Below are positions 57,701 to 64,000 of a DNA stretch of 64,000 nucleotides, in pieces. The DNA lies in NCBI GenBank assembly GCA_963748625.1, contig CAVVJT010000010.1:352001-416000 (forward strand), given 5' to 3'. Source of the DNA: an uncultured Chloroflexia bacterium (GTDB lineage Bacteria > Chloroflexota > Limnocylindria > Limnocylindrales > CSP1-4). The stretch's first letter is position 1. Each line of letters starts with the position of its first letter. The notes under the pieces are model-generated. The model ran no database searches, was not told the DNA's origin, and saw only the letters and a list, made by a program, of their open reading frames with translations. Made by a program: the position numbers and the translations under genes.

Positions 57701-58507
57701 CCAGGCCGCCCGTGCCGATGATGTTGCGGCGGGCCTCCCGCTCGGCGGTCCGCTCGTGCTCGTCGTGCTTGTAGGGCTTGACCTCGAAGCCTGCGGCCTC
57801 GGCGCGCTCCTTGGCGCGGACCCTCGCGTAGTCGCCGCGGACGTCGCGCACGGGCTGCAGGTGGCCGGTGCGGTCCAGGCGCTCGGTGGCCGCCTCGAAG
57901 CTGCCGTAGTCGTGCTTCGTAGATCGTCGCGCTCGGCGTCCACGAAGGCGTCGAAGTCGTCCGGGCTGACCAGCTCGTCCTTGGCGCGGTTGATGAAGCC
58001 CACGAGACCGCCCAGGGCCCAGTCCGCGTGGTAGCGCAGGTCCAGGGCGGGCGTGATCTCGCGCAGGAGGAGGAGCTGGCCGATGCCGTCGAGGACGTCC
58101 GGCCGCGCCGGGAGGCCGGCGTCGGCGGCGTTCTCGGTGAGGATGCGCTGGCAGAAGCTGTGGAAGTTGCTCACGCTCATGCGGGCGCGGGTAGCCGGGC
58201 CCACGGCCTGGTCCAGGCGCTGGCCCAGCTCGGCTGCGGCCTTGACGTTGTAGGTGAGGACGAGGAGCTGCTCGGGCGCGAGGGGGCCGTCGAAGGGGTT
58301 GCCGTGCCTCGGTGCGGGCTCGGCCGGGATGGGGCTGCCCGCGGTCGTGGTATCGCCCTTGGTGGCCAGCAGCCAGCGGACGCGCTCGACGATGACGCGG
58401 GTCTTGCCGGTGCCGGCGCCCGCGATGACGACGGTGGGGCCGTCGGGCGCCTCGACGATGGCGCGCTGGGCCTCGGTGAGCGTCGTCACTGCCCCGTCGC
58501 CGGTCAC
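54781..58507 (-). CDS. UvrD/AddA-type helicase fused to a RecB/Cas4-like Fe-S nuclease (AdnA/B-like); frameshifts near 57915, 57500 and 55730
   Basis: AGAGTGKT, VDEFQD, VGDDDQSIYRFRGA, QAKGLEF, EERRLLYVAITRA; SYSSLSMYEACP, GGIDRID, VIDYKTG, QLTIYA, CQWCDYRAMC. Confidence 0.88.
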
Positions 58508-59794
58508 TGGCGCACCCATCGGCCGCAGCCTGTCGAGGTGAAGCCCGCGTCGGTAGCGTCGATCACGACCACCTTCGGCGCGTCAACCTCGCCGGCCTCG
58601 ATCGTCTCGGACGCGTCGCCGCTGAAGCCGCGCAGGCGCGACCAGGTGCAGGCGGCCGGGTTAGGCGGGCTGGCGGTCCAGGTGCCAGGGAGCAGGTCGG
58701 TCCCCACGATGAGCGTGCCCTCGCCCACGTTGGTGGTGGAGCCGGTCACCGCGGACAGGTCAGACGACCACTCGCCGCACCCGCCCGACACGAAGGTCCA
58801 GTCCGTCGTCCGCGATCTCAACCACGGCGTACCCGCGCACGGTGGCCTTCACGTTGCCCTCGGGGGTGCGCCGCTCCCAGTAGCAGCTGGGTGTCGGCGC
58901 CCGGGTCCGGTAGATGCCGGGCTGCACGTCCGAGCCCACAGTCAGCGTTTTGCCTTCGCCGAAGGTGACCACGCCCGACGGCGCGGTGGTGGCCCCGGCG
59001 CCGTTCCGCGGCTCCAGGTGCACCCTGACGTTGTCCGTGTCGGACGGATCGTCGGCATCGTGGAATTCGAGGACGTTCCAGCCGTCCCGCAGCTCCACCT
59101 GGACGGACCAGCCGGAGCTCCCCGTGGTGTAGATGGTGCGTCCCTGGCAGGCGGGGGCGCTGCAGACGACGGCGTCGGGGCGCGCGGCGGTTCCGCGGAC
59201 GGTCACCTGGGGGTTGCGAGCCTCGTACCCGTCGGGCGGAAGCTCGTCGCGCGGGAGGCCGTCCACGGTGGTGATCTGGACACCGCCGGACGCGGGGTCG
59301 TAGACGACCTCGAAGAAGTCGACCTGGCCGATAGGGCCGGTGGACTCGCAGGCGAGGTAGTTGGAGCCGTCCTGGAGGTCCAGCCTGACGGTCCACGTGC
59401 CGGGACTGGCGCCCGCCGTCTCGTAGTACTCGGCCTCCTCGGCCCAGCAGTCCACCTGCTCATCCTTGAGGATCTCGATCTCCAGGACTGCGGTGGGCGA
59501 GTGCACGGTGTACAGGGGCTCATCCACGAGGTGCGCGGGCTCGCCGTTGACAGACACGATGCGGAAGGCGGGATCCTCGAGGTCGATGCCGGCCCTCGGC
59601 TCGTCCCAATCGTCCCACGCGCCCATGCCCGGCCAGCCGTCCCAGGCGGTCGGCGGCACGGGCGGACGCACGATACCGATGACCCCCACCACGACGACGG
59701 TCACGACGGTCCACGCGAGTGCGATCGCCAGCAGGCCCCGCACGCCATCGTTCGCAGGTTGCGTCCCGAGCTCGCCGCCGGCAGGGTGCGTCAC
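58504..59794 (-). CDS. Membrane-anchored protein with Ig-like region and two tandem GxDxxPGxY-CxW domains (frameshift near 58810)
   Basis: TM helix; VGSDVQPGIYRT...CYWER and VGTDLLPGTW...CTWSRL...FTSTGCGRW. Confidence 0.7.
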
Positions 59795-59800
59795 GTCTGC

Positions 59801-60268
59801 CTAATACCGGTACAGCGAGGCCACGAAGGGCACCCGGTTGTAGAGCCACAGGCCGATGGGCAGCGTGATGATGAGCACCACCAGCCCCCAGGCGAAGGTC
59901 ATCATCGCCGCCGACGCCCACCACCCCACGAAGATGAACCACAGGCCGCGGATGGGCCACGGCGTCTGCTGGAGCCGGCTCTCGCCCGTCCAGATCGCGC
60001 CCGTGCCGTCAGCGTAGGCGTACGTGTAGGTGGTCCGCGGGCGGAGCGTGAGGACCGTGGGGATGCGGTTGATCAGCCAGATGCCCAGGGGCAGGCCGAT
60101 GATCGTGATCATGGCGAACCAGGCGACGGCGGACACGATCCCGGTCAGCCACCAGCCGACGAACACGAACCAGATCGCACGCACCAGGTAGCCGGGGCCC
60201 GATTTGACCTCAGCGACGACGGGCGGCGGCGCGACGGGGCGGGTGGGCGGCGGCGGGGTATTGGTCAT
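59801..60268 (-). CDS. YccF-domain inner membrane protein
   Basis: Duplicated RAIWFVFVGWW...ITIIGLPLG repeat. Confidence 0.88.
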   Translation of the reverse strand: MTNTPPPPTRPVAPPPVVAEVKSGPGYLVRAIWFVFVGWWLTGIVSAVAWFAMITIIGLPLGIWLINRIPTVLTLRPRTTYTYAYADGTGAIWTGESRLQQTPWPIRGLWFIFVGWWASAAMMTFAWGLVVLIITLPIGLWLYNRVPFVASLYRY

Positions 60269-62147
60269 GTGCTCCCGATCGTGCGCAGGCGTTGTGACAG
60301 GTTGGGTGTCGCAACCACGACGAGATGGGCGGTCGCGCGCGTCAGCCCCGTGTACAGCAGGGCGTCCAGGCGCGGGGCCTCGTCGGGCAGCTCGCACAGG
60401 ATGATGACCGGTTTCTCCAGGCCCTTGAAGCGCCGGACGGTCTCGAACTGGACGATGGCGTCGTCGGGGGGAAGGTCGGGCACCTCGTCGGCCGGGAGGC
60501 GGAGCGACTCGCCGGCGTCGTCGATGGCGCCGTTCCACAGCTCCACGTTGCCGAAGCGGCGCCTGCGCCAGACCTCGCTCCTGGTGGCCGATGCGCCCGA
60601 GAGCACGGCGATGTCCCAGGTCCGGACACCCTGCTCCACGATGAGCTTGTGGAGCTGCTGGCGGACGGCGTCGACGGTGGGCTGGCCGGGTTCGGCCTCG
60701 ACGATGACGGGGGCGCTCCCCTCCTCCAGGACGGCGTACGGCACGATGCCCTCCGGTCCACGGTAGAAGCGGGTCGCGAGCTGGGTGACCGGCGCCGGAC
60801 AGCGGTAGTCCTCGAAGAGCTCCACCTTGTCCAGGCCGAGGTCGGCCACGCGGTCATCGCGGTAGAGGGCCTGGCCGGGGTCGTGGAAGACCCAGAGGAT
60901 GTCCTCGGCCGGGTCGCGGAGGAGGAACTCGAGGGAGGTGAGCCAGGCGGGCTCGAAGTCCTGGCCCTCATCGATGACGAGGGCGTGGTAGCGCTCGTCC
61001 GGCAGGGCGTCGATGGCCTGGTCCAGGGCTGCGGGGAGGGTGGTGTCGAACCAGTCGCGCGGGAGGCTCGCGTCGTCCTTCGGCTTCTTCGGGATGGTGC
61101 TGGCCTTTGTCCCCAGGGTTTCGCAGAGGCCGTGGAAGGTGGTCACCGCCGGACGCCTTGTCGCGTCCGGCTCGAGCTCGGCCAGCTCCCTCCGGACGGC
61201 GGTTGCCAGCGGCTGGTTGAAGCAGACGAACAGGGTGCGCCAGCCCTCGCGTGCGAGCCTCCTTGCCTTTTCAACGGCCACCAGGCTCTTGCCGGAGCCC
61301 GCGGGCCCGACAACCTCGAGGCGACGCGTGGTCCGGTGCTGGTTGAGGACGAGCTTCTGGAGGGTCGACGCCTGGAGGAGGCGCGTCCTGCCGTCGTCGA
61401 CGTCGCGCTTGACGAGTCGCGTGAGGGTCGCCGTGGGGGCGAGGAAGTCGTTGATGGTGTCGGTCTCGTGCGCGGTGAGCGGGCGGCCGTGGGTGCCGTC
61501 GCCGGTCCACCAGGTCCAGGCCTGCTCGATGGCCGTTCTTGTGGTCGCGGGAGTCTCGAGGGCGGCGGCGTCGAGGACGATCTCCCTCGTCACGTCCGGG
61601 CCGAGGAGGGCGTGGCCCCGCGGGAGGGTCGCGAGGTCGGCGTCCGGGAAGGCGACGGCGTGGCCGGCTCTCAGGTCCCGCTGGTCGATGGCGAGGATGC
61701 CGGCGAGCGTGCGAACGAGATCGTGCTTGTTCTCCTCGGCCTGGCGGAAGGGGCTCCGGCTCAACTTTCGGGCGCCCAGGAACCAGGTGTCGCCGCTGCG
61801 GCTCGGGGTGCCGGACTTGGTCTCGATGACGAGAATTCCGTGGTCCTGGTTGACGAGGACGAGGTCGGCCTCGCCGTCGTGAGCGGGCTTGGTGCGGTCC
61901 GGCTTCGCGATGAAGCGGACGCCGGCGTGGAGGGTGGTGCCGGCGGGGAGGGTGGTGCCGGCGAGAGAGTGGTGCCGGCGTGGAGGGTGGTGCCGGCGGG
62001 CAGTCCCGGAGTCGGCGCGAGGGCGAGGGCGGCGCGTGCGCGGTCCTCCACCAGGCGCTCGGCGCGCTCACCCAGGGTGCTGCCGTTGGTTCCGTTGGTC
62101 CCGTTGCTGCCTGGGGTGCCTGGGGTGCTGGGCTCGAGTCCCCCCAA
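60265..62147 (-). CDS. NERD nuclease fused to an SF1 helicase (frameshift inside an 18-bp repeat near 61965)
   Basis: GEADLVLV...GILVIETKSG...W....SPFRQA (NERD); GPAGSGKS, IDEGQDF, DPGQ, YRC, RRFKGLE, YTGLTRA. Confidence 0.85.
61921..61997 (-). repeat. 18-bp coding tandem repeat gccggcaccaccctccac x4, with one 17-bp unit
   Basis: Unit lengths 18/17/18/18 read directly. Confidence 0.85.
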
Positions 62148-62233
62148 TCGCGTGCCTCCCGAGGATGTGGTGCGTTGCCTCGAGCCTAGCGGTCGGACGC
62201 CCGGCCGGCGATGGGCCATTCCGCCCACCGAAG

Positions 62234-62317
62234 GTCCACCGGCGGCCCGGTTCGTCCACCGGCGGCCCGGTTCGTCCACCGGCGGCCCGGGTCGCCCATC
62301 GGCGGCCCAGTTCGTCC
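62234..62317. repeat. 20-bp tandem repeat gtccaccggcggcccggttc, about 4 copies
   Basis: Read directly from the sequence. Confidence 0.85.
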
Positions 62318-62386
62318 GGAGCACGCCGGCCCGCCGACGCTCCGCCTGCCGACCCGCCCGATGCGCGCCCGCCTTGGACGTCCCTG

Positions 62387-62451
62387 CTGCCCGCCTTGGA
62401 CGTCCCCTGCCCGCCTGCCCGATGCGCGCTGGCCGCGCGAACCGTCGGGTG
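62387..62451 (+). repeat. Left direct repeat flanking the XRE-nuclease gene
   Basis: Matches 63360-63423 with 1 substitution and 1 indel. Confidence 0.9.
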
Positions 62452-62608
62452 GACCTGCCCCGCTTTCGTGGACACCTACCATCGCGGCAGCAGCCGCAGG
62501 AAGGCGTCCCGTATGAGGGGGGCGCTTGGGGGGCGCAGGACCCGGAAGTGGACAACTCCAGCCCTCGAGATGAGTGCGCGTTAATCCGTACCTGCCACGA
62601 TCAGCGGC

Positions 62609-63265
62609 ATGGCAACGCGTGAACGTCCGGGAGACCTCGGCGCCGAGGATGCCCGGACCATCTACCAGAAGACTGCCCGCGAGATCCGGCAGGCCCGGAT
62701 CGCTGGCGGCTGGAGCCAGGAGGTGGTCGCGCGTGCGGCCGGCATGTCGCGCACGCAGCTGTACCGGCTGGAGAAGGGCAAGTTGGAGGAACCGGGGCTC
62801 GAGGCGATCTGCCGCGCGAGCCGGGCGGTCGGCCTGTCAGTGAGCGTGACGCAGCACCCGACGGGTGAACGCCTGCGCGACACCCCGCAACTCAGGCTGG
62901 CCGAGGACTTCGCCACCTACCCTGCCAGCCCGATCATGATCCGCCGCGAAGTCCCCCTGCCGATCGAAGGCGACCTGCGCGCCTGGGACATGCTGGTCTC
63001 CGAGGGTCGACGCATCGCTTTCGTCGAGTGCGAGACCCGGCTCGGCGACCTTCAGGCCCTCGGCCGGCGGCTCGCCCTCAAGCTGCGCGACGATCCGCGC
63101 GGCGACGTGGTCATCCTCGTTGTGCGGTCCACCGCCCACAATCGGCGCGTCCTCGCCACCCACCGGGAAGCTCTCCGCGCCGAGTTCCCGCTCGACGGCG
63201 CCACCATTGCTCGTGCCCTCCGCGCCGGCCGCGTCCCGACCGCCAGCGGAATCATCCTCATCTGA
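62609..63265 (+). CDS. XRE HTH fused to a putative PD-(D/E)XK-like nuclease domain
   Basis: GWSQEVVARAAGMSRTQLYRLEKG; REVPL....RAWDML.....FVECETRLGDLQA..R. Confidence 0.78.
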   Translation: MATRERPGDLGAEDARTIYQKTAREIRQARIAGGWSQEVVARAAGMSRTQLYRLEKGKLEEPGLEAICRASRAVGLSVSVTQHPTGERLRDTPQLRLAEDFATYPASPIMIRREVPLPIEGDLRAWDMLVSEGRRIAFVECETRLGDLQALGRRLALKLRDDPRGDVVILVVRSTAHNRRVLATHREALRAEFPLDGATIARALRAGRVPTASGIILI

Positions 63266-63359
63266 TCGTCCACCGCAGATCGGCCTGGCGTCCTTGCGCC
63301 ACGAGGCGCGCGCTGGCCGTCTGACCTCCCGCCTGTCCGCTGGCCCGATGCGCGCTGGC

Positions 63360-63423
63360 CTGCCCGCCTCGGACGTCCCCTGCCGCCTGCCCGATGCGCG
63401 CTGGCCGCGCGAACCGTCGGGTG
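63360..63423 (+). repeat. Right direct repeat flanking the XRE-nuclease gene
   Basis: Matches 62387-62451. Confidence 0.9.
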
Positions 63424-63547
63424 ACGGCCGGTTTCTGAGCGCTGGGTGCGCAGGATGGGGCGTCCGGGCGCCCGGAAGCGCGATCCAGCACGCTGAGCGC
63501 GCATGCACGATGCCCCACCCGACCGTACGCACGCTGAGCGCGCATCA

Positions 63548-63607
63548 GGGGGGGTAAGGGGGCATGGGGGCATGGGGGCAGGGGGTAGGGGGCGGGGGCA
63601 TGGGGGC
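63548..63607 (+). repeat. Array of eight G5-G6 tracts (potential G-quadruplex)
   Basis: ggggggtaagggggcatgggggcatgggggcagggggtagggggcgggggcatgggggc. Confidence 0.7.
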
Positions 63608-63679
63608 GCGAGAGGGACACGCCGGGGTGAACGCTCCGTGGAACCTGGCCCGACCCGCTGGCGTCAGGGCGCCGAACGC

Positions 63680-63726
63680 CACGGAACCCACGGAACCCAC
63701 GAACCCACGGAACCCACGGAACCCAC
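63680..63726. repeat. 9-bp tandem repeat acggaaccc, about 5 copies
   Basis: Read directly from the sequence. Confidence 0.85.
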
Positions 63727-63758
63727 CCCGGCCACCTCGCTGCCAAGGACCCAGACAG

Positions 63759-64000
63759 ATGCAGACCTCCTCCACCTCCACGCAGAACCCCTGGCGCATC
63801 GCCTTCCTCGCGGGTGCCGCCGTCGTCGCCGTGGGCCTGATCGCCGGCCCCGTCCTCGCGGGCGTCATCCGCCCCTCGACCGGCACCGCACAGCTCGCTG
63901 CCGGTACCGACGGCACCCCGGCCGAGCACACGATCTCCGTCGGCGGAGCGGGCAAGGTCACCCTCGTCCCCGACATGGCCACCGTCAACCTCGGCGTGGT
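63759..64000 (+). CDS. SIMPL-domain (DUF541) protein, runs off the window
   Basis: Signal anchor followed by HTISVGGAGKVTLVPDMATVNLGV. Confidence 0.8.
   Translation, partial: MQTSSTSTQNPWRIAFLAGAAVVAVGLIAGPVLAGVIRPSTGTAQLAAGTDGTPAEHTISVGGAGKVTLVPDMATVNLGV

Noticed and set aside
62234-62317. CRISPR array (also considered 4515-4570 and 25456-25500)
   Set aside because: Head-to-tail tandem repeats without unique spacers; no cas genes, and the Cas4-like motif belongs to the helicase-nuclease fusion
933-62622. Many long antisense or alternate-frame ORFs (e.g. 933-3419, 8574-11270, 58028-60766, 60325-62622)
   Set aside because: Shadow ORFs from high GC; they overlap well-supported genes and are Arg/Pro/Gly-rich with no motifs

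Overview
High-GC bacterial chromosomal window. The gene repertoire and the many leaderless starts suggest Chloroflexota (Limnocylindria-like); this is inference. About 12 otherwise intact genes carry single-base frameshifts, which probably reflect long-read consensus errors. Layout: (i) 1-16 kb, housekeeping and repair genes (ABC exporter, UvrD2-type helicase, aldo-keto reductase, YhaO/YhaN nuclease-ATPase, GcvR, ECF sigma with ZAS anti-sigma). (ii) 16-38 kb, a dense toxin-antitoxin (TA) island with about 9 pairs plus orphan antitoxins and decayed toxins. Its right half is punctuated by repeated copies of the 3' end and flank of one uncharacterised anchor gene (36527-37618) and by a recurrent 18-bp RTAAGC-N5-RTRAGC motif. 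The island also holds three copies of a 109-bp MITE/REPIN-like element (a fourth, more divergent copy lies at 11.8 kb) and two paralogous secreted proteins, each behind a c-di-GMP-II-type riboswitch. (iii) 38-55 kb, a defence island: RqlH/RqlI (RecQ-PRTase plus DprA), a DUF3883 nuclease, and Vsr plus a Dcm/EcoRII-like C5 methyltransferase converging on a six-gene Mza/MORC-like cluster (2x alpha-CTD plus sigma4 protein, Z1, DUF4420, GHKL ATPase, hypothetical, DUF6339 fused to EcoRII-N) that lacks AIPR. (iv) 55-64 kb, a UvrD-RecB/Fe-S helicase-nuclease, YccF, a NERD-helicase, an XRE-nuclease gene bracketed by direct repeats, and the start of a SIMPL gene. No tRNA, rRNA, CRISPR array, integrase or transposase was recognised. 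All family calls come from motif recognition by eye, not database searches.
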